A DNA stretch of 64,000 nt from an uncultured delta proteobacterium (lineage in GTDB: Bacteria > Desulfobacterota > Binatia > Binatales > Binataceae). Below are positions 1 to 9,734 of this stretch, in pieces; the first letter of the stretch is position 1; each line of letters begins with the position of its first letter. The notes below the pieces were generated by a model. The model saw only the letters and a list, made by a program, of their open reading frames with translations, ran no database searches and had not been told where the DNA came from. The position numbers and the translations under genes were made by a program. The stretch is taken from contig CAVZFW010000010.1 in assembly GCA_963774705.1 (NCBI GenBank), positions 323,706-387,705 on the forward strand, given 5' to 3'.

Positions 1-836
1 GCTTCTTCGCGACACTATTCTCGGACGGCTGGAATGAGCGGTTCTCATATTCGATGACCGCGTTACGCGCACTTGCTAGATCCACTCGTTTGCGATGCGC
101 CCCGTACGCCGTCAGCATCGCATTGTGGCAGAGCACGTTGATCCGCCGGGGATTGCCTTGGCTATGCCCGACCAGGTGTTGAAGCGCTCCCGCCGCGAAC
201 ACCTTGGGCACCCGGGCGCCCTTGGCCTGCACCTGGCACTGGATATATTCGCGCACTTCGCGCGTTCGCATCGGGCTCAACTTCGCTCGCGCGCCGATGC
301 GTTGATTGAGCGCGTGCAACTGGGGGCGGCTCAGCCGCTCGAGCAGTTCGGGCTGACCCACAAATACGATCCGCAGGTTATGCGCCGCCGCCATCCCCTG
401 GTGCGACAGTAGCCGCAATTCGCCGAATACTTCGTCGCTCAGCTCCTGCGCTTCATCGAAGAAGATCGCCACGCTCGACTCCCGCTCATCGAGCAGTCGC
501 ATGAATCGCTGCAGCAGTTCGAACTTGGTCGAGCTTCCTGCGGCCACGCCAAGTTGGGAGAGCGCCAGCAGAATAATCTGTTCAAAGTTTAGTCGCGGGT
601 TGTTGATCAGCGCCGTCTCAACCGTGCCGCAGTAACGTGCGATCACCGAGCAGATCAGAGTGCTTTTGCCCACGCCGCTCTCGCCCACCAGCACCGCAAA
701 CCCCGTCGGTTCGTGCAGTACGCTCCACTCCAGGAACGCCAGCGCCTCGCGATGCTCCCGGCTCAGATAGAGCGCATCTGCGCTCGGAGTGAATTGAAAT
801 GGCGGGCCGCTCAACCCGAAGTGATGGTAATACATA
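1..836 (-). CDS. ExeA/GspA-like AAA+ ATPase of the kind associated with PEP-CTERM/exosortase-type EPS loci; C-terminus lies beyond the window edge
   Basis: Absent from the ORF track because it is open to the edge. Hand translation from ATG 836: MYYHHFGLSGPPFQFTPSADALYLSREHREALAFLEWSVLHEPTGFAVLVGESGVGKSTLICSV...IFFDEAQEL. This gives the FGL..PF N-terminus, Walker A GESGVGKST and a Walker-B-like FFDEAQ. It starts 8 nt after the stop of the chain-length gene. Confidence 0.8.
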
Positions 837-843
837 ACTACTG

Positions 844-2358
844 CTAGGCCTCGTTGCGCAGGATCGCGACCGTCGATAGGCCACTCACCTTTTCGATCGT
901 GGCCGCCGAGTAAACCTTTTCGTCGCGTTCCTCCTCCCACCACGCCGCCACAATTCCCGCGATCAATGCCCAGATCAGCCCGGCAATCAGATTCAGTGAA
1001 ACTTTCGGCATCGTCGGCTCCAGCGGCTCGGTTGGCGCCTGGGCGATACTCACGTTCAAAATCTTGCTCGAATTCAGCTCCTCGGCGGTGCGCGCCTCCT
1101 CGCCCTTGCGCACGTACGCCAAGTAAGCCTCTTTGTCGGTCGCTACCTGGCGTTCGCGCCGTTCGATTTCGAGCCCGTTGTTGACCATGTCCGTAAGTTG
1201 CTGATGTGCCGCGGCCAGCTGCGTCTTAAACGTATCGTGATTCGCCTCCAGTGCGGCCACGTTCGCCTCCGCCTGACCCAGGTTCGACTTGACCGTCACC
1301 CACACCGGATTGAGATCGGTCGCGACCTCTTGCACTTCGAGATGGTTCTCGTGATCGAGTATTCGATGGCCCGCGGCGAGCCGCGCGTCAATTTCCGCGA
1401 TTCGCTTGCTGTCCGGCTGATAGCGCGTCAGCAATTCGGCGCGCTCCGCCTCGAGCTTCATCACCTCGGGCTTAATCTGCTGCAGTGCGTTGTTCTGGAC
1501 CGACCGTTCCTCCTTGCCGATCCGCGCGGGCGTGCGCTCCAGCTGCTGCGCGAGCGTGCTGTGCTGGCGTTGCGCCGATGCCAGGTCTGACACGCTGCGG
1601 TTGTCGCGCATTTGCAGGTCGGAAATCGCATTCACCAGCGCCTGCTTCTGCTCGGGCAGGCTGGTGATGCCGGTCTGCACCTGGAATTGCCGCAGCTGTT
1701 CCTCTGAGTCGTTCAGTCGCGCATTCAGCAGCTTCGCCTGCTGATCGAAGAAATGAGCCGCCTGGGGATCGTGCGAAAGCCGCACGTGATAGTCCAGGTA
1801 GCCGTTCACCAGCCGCGTCAGAAAATCGTGCGCCCAATGCGCATCGTGGGATCGGAACCGCACTTCGATTATCTGCGACCGCTTGATCGGCCACGCCTTC
1901 AGATGATTCGCAAGCTTCACAATCCACGCGTCGTGTGCGCTCAGGGTCGGTGAGTTGTGCAGCAGGCGATAACCGAAGTCGGGCATCTGCAGTGCGAAAT
2001 TGAACGCCTGTCCCACTACCTTCGTTGCGCTTGGGCCGCTGCGTTCGTGCAGGCCTTCTACCGCCTGCTGAACCAGGTAGTCGCTGGTTAGTAGCTCCAC
2101 TTCCGAGTTGAGATCCTCCTCGCTCACCGGATTCGTGATGATCGCCGGGTTCTGCGTTGACTCATGCTGCAGATCGGGCGAGACCAGCAACTGCGCGCGA
2201 TTGTCCTGCACCATTATCTTCGCGTTCGATTCGTACGCCGGCGGCCATAGGAATGTCGCCACCACCACTACGAGGAGCACGAGGCCCGCGGTCTCGAAAA
2301 ATACCGCCCGGCGGCGAAACAGCAGCTCGACTGAGTAATTGATATCTTTTGCCTTCAT
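844..2358 (-). CDS. polysaccharide chain-length determinant (Wzz/GumC-type, no kinase domain)
   Basis: 504 aa. N-terminal TM (LVLLVVVVATFLWPP), long coiled-coil periplasmic region, C-terminal TM (LNLIAGLIWALIAGIVAAWW). Sandwiched between the Wza-like export gene and the ExeA-like ATPase. Confidence 0.8.
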   Translation of the reverse strand: MKAKDINYSVELLFRRRAVFFETAGLVLLVVVVATFLWPPAYESNAKIMVQDNRAQLLVSPDLQHESTQNPAIITNPVSEEDLNSEVELLTSDYLVQQAVEGLHERSGPSATKVVGQAFNFALQMPDFGYRLLHNSPTLSAHDAWIVKLANHLKAWPIKRSQIIEVRFRSHDAHWAHDFLTRLVNGYLDYHVRLSHDPQAAHFFDQQAKLLNARLNDSEEQLRQFQVQTGITSLPEQKQALVNAISDLQMRDNRSVSDLASAQRQHSTLAQQLERTPARIGKEERSVQNNALQQIKPEVMKLEAERAELLTRYQPDSKRIAEIDARLAAGHRILDHENHLEVQEVATDLNPVWVTVKSNLGQAEANVAALEANHDTFKTQLAAAHQQLTDMVNNGLEIERRERQVATDKEAYLAYVRKGEEARTAEELNSSKILNVSIAQAPTEPLEPTMPKVSLNLIAGLIWALIAGIVAAWWEEERDEKVYSAATIEKVSGLSTVAILRNEA

Positions 2359-2383
2359 GGTCGCACCTGATCGCGCCGCCGAT

Positions 2384-3190
2384 TCACGGTATCGGCAGCG
2401 GCATGTACGGCTCCACCGGAAGTACGCCGCGGATGTAGTGCTGGACGAACAGGTCGATATCGGCGATCCGGCTGCGCGGCACCACGATCATGTCGTAGGG
2501 CATCAACGCCGCGTCCTCGCCATTTCCCGGGTTCTTCACCGCGCTCGCCAGTTCGAGCCGTTGCCCCGCTGGCCGTCCGCACGCGTCGCGGCGAATCAAC
2601 ACCACGCTGTCGTCGTCCGCGTCTTGCGTCAGCCCGCCCGCGTTCGCAATCGCCTGCAACGCCGTCATGCCCGACTGCAGCGGAAATGAGCCCGGCTTGT
2701 TCACCTGGCCACCCACGTAAACTTGGCGCGAAGGCATGTTTCTAACGTGAACTACGGCATCGGGCGATCGCAGCTCCGTTTGATATTTCTGATCTATCTC
2801 CTGCGCCAGTTGCGGAGGCGTAATGCCCGCCGCCGGCACCGCGCCAATCAGCCGAAGTGTGACATTCCCGTCCGGACTTACCGCCACCTGGTCGTTGAAT
2901 TCAGGATTCAAATAAAAATCCACGTTCAGTTCGTCGCCCGGCTGAATGACGTAACTGTGTTCGTCGGCTCCGTTCAGTGCTGCGGCATGAATCGCGCCGC
3001 CGTTCTCGCACTGCTCCGGCGAGACCGCAGCCGCATCGTTAGTTCCGGCGCGATCGCCGCGTTCATGATTCGCCGCGCAGCCGCAGATGGTTGCAGCGAT
3101 AAGCAACGCCGCCAGCACGGCGGATACTGCTGGTGGCGCATTGCCTGTGCCCGCGCTTGCCCGCGACATTCGTGCCTGCTTGGTCTTCAT
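2384..3190 (-). CDS. polysaccharide export outer-membrane lipoprotein (Wza-like, Poly_export + SLBB)
   Basis: The track ORF runs to 3430, but ATG 3190 (MKTKQARMSRA...LLIAATICGC, lipobox-like Cys) is the plausible start. Motifs PGDELNVDFYLNPEF, SPDGNVTLRLIGAVPAAGITPPQLAQEI, VYVGGQVNKPGSFPL and TALQAIANAGGL are typical of the Wza family. Confidence 0.8.
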   Translation of the reverse strand: MKTKQARMSRASAGTGNAPPAVSAVLAALLIAATICGCAANHERGDRAGTNDAAAVSPEQCENGGAIHAAALNGADEHSYVIQPGDELNVDFYLNPEFNDQVAVSPDGNVTLRLIGAVPAAGITPPQLAQEIDQKYQTELRSPDAVVHVRNMPSRQVYVGGQVNKPGSFPLQSGMTALQAIANAGGLTQDADDDSVVLIRRDACGRPAGQRLELASAVKNPGNGEDAALMPYDMIVVPRSRIADIDLFVQHYIRGVLPVEPYMPLPIP

Positions 3191-3589
3191 GCCTGCTTCA
3201 CCGCGACCTTGGATTCCGTTGCATCGCCGGAGCTGCGTCACGCCCCAGCTTCCGCGCAATCGTTCTCGAGCTCTGGCTTCTCTGAGCGCTTTTCCGATCA
3301 TTCTGCTCCAGCCGCATAGCCGCCGGGTCGGACCTCCTCCTGCAACCATTGAGATCAGCCGTCCGGAAGATGTTGTTCGCAAGCTCCTTGCCACGGCGGA
3401 TGACCGCTCGGATGCCGCGCGGATACACACCTTTTTGGAATTTTGAATGGCAGGGCGCGAAACGGGCCGAGCAATACTTACCGAGCTAGGTAAGCATTAC
3501 GCGTCCGATAACCTGTTGTTCGTCCGCGGACCGTCCAGCCAAACGCGCTTTTGCGATCGACTCGTTCGCTGCGAACAAAAATCGCCGTG

Positions 3590-3770
3590 AAAATTTCGAG
3601 GGTCTAGGGCCGAAATAAGCTCAACGTTGATTCAAAAAAAGAAAAAGAATCATATCCGTGATTTCATTTATATCGAGGCCATAGAAATATTCTTGATTGA
3701 AGTACACATCTACTGTACAAACTAATTAGTTATTATTAGTTGCTCGTTGCTTACTTGTGTTTGATGGGGT
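3590..3770. promoter_or_regulatory. AT-rich island inside the ~800-bp divergent intergenic region between the EPS export operon (-) and the secreted SLT-like gene (+)
   Basis: Runs such as ttgattcaaaaaaagaaaaagaatcat, repeated ttgatt(c/g)aa, and attagttattattagtt contrast with the GC-rich flanks. No credible ORF. Confidence 0.35.
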
Positions 3771-3988
3771 GTGCGACAGGATGACGCGGCAAAAGCATAA
3801 GACGACCTTCCTTCTCTCCTGATTTTCCGTTCGAAGCTTTTCCGTTTGCGACATCGGTTCTGCGCTTGTTTCCGCGTGCGGCGGTCTAACTCGCGCCCGG
3901 TCCTTTATCGTCTCTGTCGAGCCCCCGCCACAACGCGACGAGCCTTATCAGGGGCGCCAACAGCGCTCTGGTCCCCGGGGGGGGTCGA

Positions 3989-5427
3989 ATGATAGAGCCG
4001 AAGTCGCTCAAGTGTCGTGTTTTGCTCATTTTCGCTGCTTGTCTCCTCAGTGTTTTCCCTGTTGAGCCGAACGCTCATGCTCAGGCGCTCGACCAGGCAG
4101 CCGTGAGCCTCCATCATTTTTCTTCCGCAAGGCGGCACACTCCGCCGCCGACTCCAACTCCAGCTCCCAAGCCGACGCCGTCTCCAGCTCCAACCCCGAC
4201 ACCAAGTCCCACGGCAAGTCCGACTACGAGTCCTACGCCGCCACTCCAACTCCAACGCCGACTCCGATTGCAACTGCCACTCCGAGTCCTACTGCGACTC
4301 CGAGTCCTACTCCGACTCCGAGTCCGACTGCGAGTCCGACTCCGACTCCGACTGCGACTCCGACTGCGACTCCGACTGCGACTCCGACTGCAACTCCCAC
4401 TCCGAGTCCTACTCCCACTCCCGTCGCCCATTTTAGTACGGTCGCGCCGCACGCCGCGCTGCCGACCGGATCGCAATGTGCCCAGATGGTCGCGAAATCC
4501 AGATGGGAGCCGCGTCCCGAAAACACGCAAGCCAACAATTCGGTGCCAACCGCTGCCGAGTTGACATCGTTCCATGCGCAGCCGTTGAATTTTACCGGTG
4601 GACCGCCCGCCTCAGACTTCCAGCGCGTTGATGGCAACTACACCGGCACCACCGATATGATCATCCGTTGGGCTGCCTGCAAATGGGGGGTGGACGAGGA
4701 TGTATTGCGCGCGCAGGCCTATGAGGAAAGTACCTGGAGCTCCTATACCACTGGCGATATGCGCACCACGCTTTCAGCGTGCCAGGCCGGCAACTGGGAC
4801 GGGTGGCAGGCGGTGCAAGGCTATTGCTGGCAGTCGTACGGCCTCACACAGATCAAGGTCGCCTCTTTCAACGCTTGGCCGATGGCTTGGGATTCAACCG
4901 CATTCAATGCCGATTTCCGCGGCGCCTATTGGCGCGCCTGCATGAATGGTGACGTCTCGTACTACTACAGTATGGCTCCGTCGGCGGGATATCCGACTTA
5001 TCCCAACGGCACCACCGATCAGATGAGTTGGGGATGTATGGGGTCGTGGTACAGCGGAGCGTGGTACGACGCCGGCGCCCTCAGCTATATCGCTGCTCTC
5101 CAAACGCAACTCGCAACCAAGCCGTGGCTGGCGATGCCCGCGACCTCGAGCACTTCGCTCAGCTTGCTCGCGCCAACGAATAATCAAACGGTCTCGGGCC
5201 TGGTTGACGTCTCGATCAAGCTCGATCAGAGCGACCCCAAAGCTTGCTACGCGTGCCTTTCGATCGATGGCGTTTTCAAGAGCTGCGTGCCCGCCGTCGG
5301 CCCCTGGACCTGGGACACCACCAGCCATGTCCTGAACGGCCATCACGCAATCCAGATCAACGCGTTCACCTGCACCGGTGGCAATCCGAACTACCATTCC
5401 TCGGTGGAGGTCAACGTCAGCAACTAG
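3989..5427 (+). pseudogene. secreted lytic-transglycosylase (SLT/lysozyme-like) domain protein with long Thr/Pro/Ser/Ala linker and C-terminal Ig-like region; frame broken near 4240 (pseudogene, slippage variant or assembly error)
   Basis: The signal peptide [31 protein letters not shown] (frame 2) runs into a TP-rich linker. That linker continues as [21 protein letters not shown]... only in frame 1, with one base missing around 4238-4243. Frame 1 then gives [29 protein letters not shown] (E-S motif) and SYGLTQIKV (GLMQ-like). The paralog 5480-6433 aligns upstream of the track ATG at 4486 (LPTGSQCAQ vs LPNGSQCAA), so coding continues 5' of it. Confidence 0.65.
4141..4425 (+). repeat. Thr/Pro/Ser/Ala-coding low-complexity tract with 12-nt periodic tandem repeats
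   Basis: gactccgactgc-type units repeated head to tail (clearest at 4340-4390). All three frames and the antisense strand give repetitive peptides (TPTA, RLRL, GVGV). Confidence 0.9.
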
Positions 5428-5479
5428 GGGACTATCGTCAGCTTTGGAGGGCCGTAACGCTCGAGGATCGGTCCGTCGG

Positions 5480-6433
5480 TTATGGCAAACCCGTCACGTG
5501 TTGCGCGGGCGTCATCCACCGACGACGCGCGATGTCGGCCTGAATGTTGGCGATATACTTGATTGCTCCTGAGTCGTACCACTGACCCGAATAGTGGCTT
5601 CCGACGCATCCCCAAAGGATCGTGTCGAGGTTTGCCGGGCTAGGGTCGCGCGCGTAGTCCAGGAGGTCGTCGGAGTAGGTATTATGACCTGGAAAGGCGT
5701 GGCGGCTCGCATAGTAGGGCCGCCACGCGCCGTCGAGACAAGAGCGTGTACTTGCGTATCGATATTCCGCCGCGAACGACGTCGAGTCCTTGATCATCGG
5801 CCAGGCCATCCATTCGTAGTAGACCTTGGTCTGCCACGCCGACCACGAGGTCCAACAGCAACTGGGGCACGCGACGCTTTGGCCGCTCGTCAGCGCGATC
5901 GTGGTGTCCCACAACGCGTCGAAGCTCCCTTGTACGCACTGCGATCTGCTGTTTCGGCGGTCCCCGGTGCGCGCCTGTTGCCACCAGCTTTCGTCCCACG
6001 CCTGGCCCCGCACCACGTTCTCGTCGATCCCGTACTTGCATGCCGCCCACCGCATGATCATATCGGTTGAGCCTGTGTAATCCCCAGCTATTCGCCGATA
6101 CTGCGCCTTATCGATCAACGCTTCGAAGCTGTAACCGCTGGCCGCAAAGGCGTCGAGTTGCTCCGCCGTCACCGTAGTTCGATTGAACGGTACATTGGCG
6201 GGGATAGTCTCCGAAGTCGCCGGAATTTCCGCCGCGCATTGCGATCCGTTCGGCAGCGTCGCGCGCGGCGGCAGCGTGTGGAAATATGGATTAGATGATG
6301 ACGATGCGGCCCAACCCGTTCCTAGCACACCGCTTTCGAAGGACATTGCCGCGACGATCAGCAGTGCAGCGAGGCCTGCGACTAACTTTAAGCGTCGCTG
6401 CCCACCATCTTTGCTCCGGAACTCTCTAAACAT
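5480..6433 (-). CDS. secreted/anchored SLT (lysozyme-like) domain protein, paralog of 3989-5427
   Basis: N-terminal anchor/signal (LKLVAGLAALLIVAAMSF). The motif STDMIMRWAACKYGIDENVVRGQAWDESWW aligns with the partner gene. Later shared blocks: MAWP..DST.F.A..R, SWGC.GS.YSG.WYD.GA..YIA. Confidence 0.6.
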   Translation of the reverse strand: MFREFRSKDGGQRRLKLVAGLAALLIVAAMSFESGVLGTGWAASSSSNPYFHTLPPRATLPNGSQCAAEIPATSETIPANVPFNRTTVTAEQLDAFAASGYSFEALIDKAQYRRIAGDYTGSTDMIMRWAACKYGIDENVVRGQAWDESWWQQARTGDRRNSRSQCVQGSFDALWDTTIALTSGQSVACPSCCWTSWSAWQTKVYYEWMAWPMIKDSTSFAAEYRYASTRSCLDGAWRPYYASRHAFPGHNTYSDDLLDYARDPSPANLDTILWGCVGSHYSGQWYDSGAIKYIANIQADIARRRWMTPAQHVTGLP

Positions 6434-6437
6434 TGAG

Positions 6438-7955
6438 TCACCGATTGGCCGCGAACAACACTTGCCATCGCGACACCGGTTGCGCTTCGGCAGCCTCGCG
6501 CTCGCGACGCCGAACTATCTCGAAGCGCTCGGCCATCGCCCAGCTCATGAACAGCAGCAAACCCCGCACGTAACGCGGCTCGCTCAATCCCGACTCATCG
6601 AGCGCGAGCAAAATCGCCGGGAGTATAACCAACAACGCCAACGGCTTTAAATTCCACGGATCATCGGCGCCTCGAAACAAGGCCAACCACGGTCCGATGA
6701 ACACCACCAACCAGAATATCGTCGCCGGAATACCCGTCCCGATAACGAGCGTCATATAGCCGTTATGCAGCGGAGTGCTGGCGCCGCGGTCCCAAATGTC
6801 CTCCCAGTCGCGAAAATGTCGATCGCGTAATATCTCACCCTCCGACTGATAACCGTAACCGAGCAGCGGGCTGTCGGTCGCTTTGCTCATTTCAAAGGCC
6901 CAAGCCTCCGTGCGTCCGGTCATCGACTCTACGCCGCGGTTCAGGTAGGGCGCGATCTCCGAAGCGAACATGCTGAAGCAAGCCAGCGCCAGCGCCATTA
7001 CAATCGCGACGGCTGTCGCCCCTTTCCATCGATACTTCCAGACGAGGTAGCCGACGCATCCGATCGCAGCCGCTACGGTTTCCGAACGTGAATCCGCCAC
7101 CGCTGCGAAGAACACTGAGGAGCCGATGCTCAACGCCAGCAACAATTTGCGCCATCGGCCGGATACCGCGTGCCAGTGCGCTACACCGGAACCGACTGTA
7201 GCCAGCATTAGGGAGCCCACGGCATTGGCCTCGTTGAAGATTCCGAGGAAACGAAAGAGACCACGCTCATCGACCATCCAGGTCGCTCTTAGCGTCGGGC
7301 CCGAACCGCCCAGCACTTCGGGCAGGAAGAAGTAGGCAAACGCCGTGACGATCTGCAGGAGACCGCAGCCGAGCACGAAACGCCCGAGAACGATCTGTAC
7401 GTCCGCCGCGGTCTCGACCCGTGAAGCCGCGTAACAGATCGTAGCGAACAGCAGGAAATCGGGAATCAGTCGCCCGGCCGAGACCGTCGGATTCAACGAG
7501 TACGCGATGGTAACGGCGCCCCAGGCGAAGAACAGAAGCATGGAACCGAAGCGGCCTTCATAAAGCATCCGTGTTTTGAAGGCGGCCCAAAGCGCAGGAA
7601 TCGCCAACGGAAACAGCAACGGGTAACGCAAAAACCAGCGGCTATCCGGATCCAACGGTATCACGCTGAAGTAGGGCACGGTCTCTTCGATGATAAGCGC
7701 AAAGATGAACCATGACGGATGCTGCAGCGCATAACGGATGCCATAAAAGAGCGCCAAGCTCGACAAAATCGCGACGGTGTAGACCAATAACCATCTGTTG
7801 CTCGAACTCAACAACGTAACCGCGCCCAATGCGACCAGGATCGCACAAATGGTTCGTGCATTCTGAGCGTTTAGCTTTGCGCCGGAAGCAGTTCCGTAGC
7901 GAGCCGAATTCACTTGGGATGTCCGGGTATCCCGGCTAAACACGTTGCGGTTCAT
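6438..7955 (-). CDS. O-antigen ligase/polymerase-like (Wzy_C-type) integral membrane protein
   Basis: 505 aa with ten or more hydrophobic helices and a STPLHNGYMTLVIGTGIPATIFWLVVF block like the O-antigen ligase family. Lies in the EPS operon. Confidence 0.65.
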   Translation of the reverse strand: MNRNVFSRDTRTSQVNSARYGTASGAKLNAQNARTICAILVALGAVTLLSSSNRWLLVYTVAILSSLALFYGIRYALQHPSWFIFALIIEETVPYFSVIPLDPDSRWFLRYPLLFPLAIPALWAAFKTRMLYEGRFGSMLLFFAWGAVTIAYSLNPTVSAGRLIPDFLLFATICYAASRVETAADVQIVLGRFVLGCGLLQIVTAFAYFFLPEVLGGSGPTLRATWMVDERGLFRFLGIFNEANAVGSLMLATVGSGVAHWHAVSGRWRKLLLALSIGSSVFFAAVADSRSETVAAAIGCVGYLVWKYRWKGATAVAIVMALALACFSMFASEIAPYLNRGVESMTGRTEAWAFEMSKATDSPLLGYGYQSEGEILRDRHFRDWEDIWDRGASTPLHNGYMTLVIGTGIPATIFWLVVFIGPWLALFRGADDPWNLKPLALLVILPAILLALDESGLSEPRYVRGLLLFMSWAMAERFEIVRRREREAAEAQPVSRWQVLFAANR

Positions 7956-8011
7956 CGCGAGCTCATCAGTTGCAAGAAAGGCGAAGTGTATCCTCCGGTC
8001 GAATCGGCCCC

Positions 8012-8794
8012 TTAACCACTCGTTTCCGCTGGCTTCTCGGCTTCGACGAAAAGTGTTTCCTCGGAGAGACGATCCAATTTGTCAAGGTCAGGAGTATCGC
8101 CCTGTCCGCGACGACAACGGCGCACCTTGCCGAAGCCCGCGCTCTCCAGTAGTCCGCGCAAAAGCACGAAGTCATATTGGTAGTGTCGTGTACTCAGTTC
8201 ACTACGTGCCGCCGAAGGGTAAAAGAAATACCGCTCGATCGCTTCTTCACGTCGCCCGTCCAAATAAAGGCCGACGATGTACTCTAAATCCGGGACCGCG
8301 ACTCTGAGCGTACCACCGGGCTTAAGGACCCTTCGTATATCTTGTAATAGCCATTGGGCCTGGTCTTTGTATAGATGATGCAGTACGTGCGAGGTGAAGA
8401 CGAAGTCCGCGGAGTTTGCAGGCAACGGCAAACCGTATTTCAGGTTATGCGCGACGAAGGTATTGTTGCGCAGCACGTTCACGAAATCCTCGCGTTCATG
8501 AGTCGAAGCGCTCAGTAAAGGATGGAGCAGGCGCAGCAGCGAACGCGGCAACTTTGCGAGCGAGATCTTCAGGCTTCCGTCGATGTTGATCCAGCCGGGA
8601 GCGACGTAAAGCCCACTGCCGAGATTGATCCTTACGCACCCCGGCATCGGCTTAATCTGTTGCGATCGCCTGAGCCATGTCAGAAAGAATTCGAAGTAAT
8701 TGATTATGCGGCGCCCGATTGGGGGCCATTCACGCGCCGGCACGGGCGCCTCAGCCGGCACAGGGCGTGAGACTGTCGTATCAATTGCTGGCAT
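8012..8794 (-). CDS. class I SAM-dependent methyltransferase
   Basis: INLGSGLYVAPGWINIDGS, VFTSHVLHHL, LKPGGTLRVAVPDLEY. Overlaps the upstream deacetylase gene by 14 nt, consistent with an operon. Confidence 0.7.
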   Translation of the reverse strand: MPAIDTTVSRPVPAEAPVPAREWPPIGRRIINYFEFFLTWLRRSQQIKPMPGCVRINLGSGLYVAPGWINIDGSLKISLAKLPRSLLRLLHPLLSASTHEREDFVNVLRNNTFVAHNLKYGLPLPANSADFVFTSHVLHHLYKDQAQWLLQDIRRVLKPGGTLRVAVPDLEYIVGLYLDGRREEAIERYFFYPSAARSELSTRHYQYDFVLLRGLLESAGFGKVRRCRRGQGDTPDLDKLDRLSEETLFVEAEKPAETSG

Positions 8795-9734
8795 CGGAAT
8801 AGCGCTCTTTCGCAGCGCCAGGTGGATAGTTTTTCACGCGCTGGTAGGGTAATTCAGACTCGGGAGCGAATTTCGTTAGCGACAACTTTGCGCTTATCGC
8901 TGCCCCGATCCGTCGCCTGAGTTTTGTCGCAGCGAAGACCAATCGATAAGCGTTCATTAGTTTGAGATGAAACTCGATTGGCCAATCGGTCGGGTCCACG
9001 CGGATTCTCTCCACGAGAAATGAGTCCTGCGTAGGGATCGCCGGAGTTAATTGCGATCCGAACGCGCGAACGTAACCGCACGAACGACAAAGCTCGATGG
9101 ACCTTTCATCGTAATCGCTGAACGGAAAGCAAAACAGATTGACATCGGCGCCGCACAAACCACTCAGCCGAACGCGCGACTCAATCAATTCCCTTCGCAC
9201 GTCGGCGTCAGACGCGGTCGGAAGCCGAGCATGCGTTGCGGTGTGCGAGCCTACCGTAACCAGGTCGCGAGGAAGGTTGCCCAATTCGGACTCCGACAAG
9301 AGCCGATCGTCGGAGTCGCCATGATTATCGCCGGCAAGATTATCGCCGAGCTGATGCGAGACTATGAAGAAGGTCAACGGAATCTTTCGCTGAGCCAGTT
9401 CGGGAAGAGCGTTCTCGACAAAACTGAGCCAACCATCATCGGCGGTGACCAGCACATCTCGGGACTGCGGGCTGGTGGAATCCCAATCTTCGACACGAAT
9501 CGGCTTCGCCCATCGCAACAGATGGTCCATTTGCCATGCTAAGCGGCTGCGATTTTCGGCGCTCACCTGATGGTAATAGATCGCGACGCGGCGGCTCGGA
9601 GTCCGAATGCCAAGAATCCTGCCTAGAGAAATCAGTGCCTGATCCGTAACGAAGACGGGAAGAGCGGCCAACGCCCTGAGCAAGCGCTTAACCGTTCTCC
9701 GAAATTTTTTGAAATGATTGTTCCCCATACTCAT
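8781..9734 (-). CDS. polysaccharide deacetylase (NodB homology domain)
   Basis: VLVTADDGWLSF, IPLTFFIV, GSHTATHARL motifs. Confidence 0.75.
   Translation of the reverse strand: MSMGNNHFKKFRRTVKRLLRALAALPVFVTDQALISLGRILGIRTPSRRVAIYYHQVSAENRSRLAWQMDHLLRWAKPIRVEDWDSTSPQSRDVLVTADDGWLSFVENALPELAQRKIPLTFFIVSHQLGDNLAGDNHGDSDDRLLSESELGNLPRDLVTVGSHTATHARLPTASDADVRRELIESRVRLSGLCGADVNLFCFPFSDYDERSIELCRSCGYVRAFGSQLTPAIPTQDSFLVERIRVDPTDWPIEFHLKLMNAYRLVFAATKLRRRIGAAISAKLSLTKFAPESELPYQRVKNYPPGAAKERYSDASN

Noticed and set aside
618-884. Track ORF, 88 aa, minus strand
   Set aside because: It lies in an alternative frame across the ExeA-like ATPase N-terminus and the chain-length gene stop. It is Arg/Gly/Ser-rich shadow sequence.
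4260-4425. Regularly spaced short repeats that at first glance look like an array (CRISPR-like periodicity)
   Set aside because: The period is 12 nt with no unique spacers, and the tract is in-frame coding for TPTA-type linker residues. No cas genes are nearby.
4114-4637. Minus-strand ORFs 4114-4575 (RSRSRS...) and 4233-4637 ([10 protein letters not shown]...), plus the RLRLRL tail of plus ORF 3989-4564
   Set aside because: All are alternative-frame or antisense readings of the Thr/Pro-coding tandem repeat. Only the TP reading connects a signal peptide to a conserved catalytic domain.
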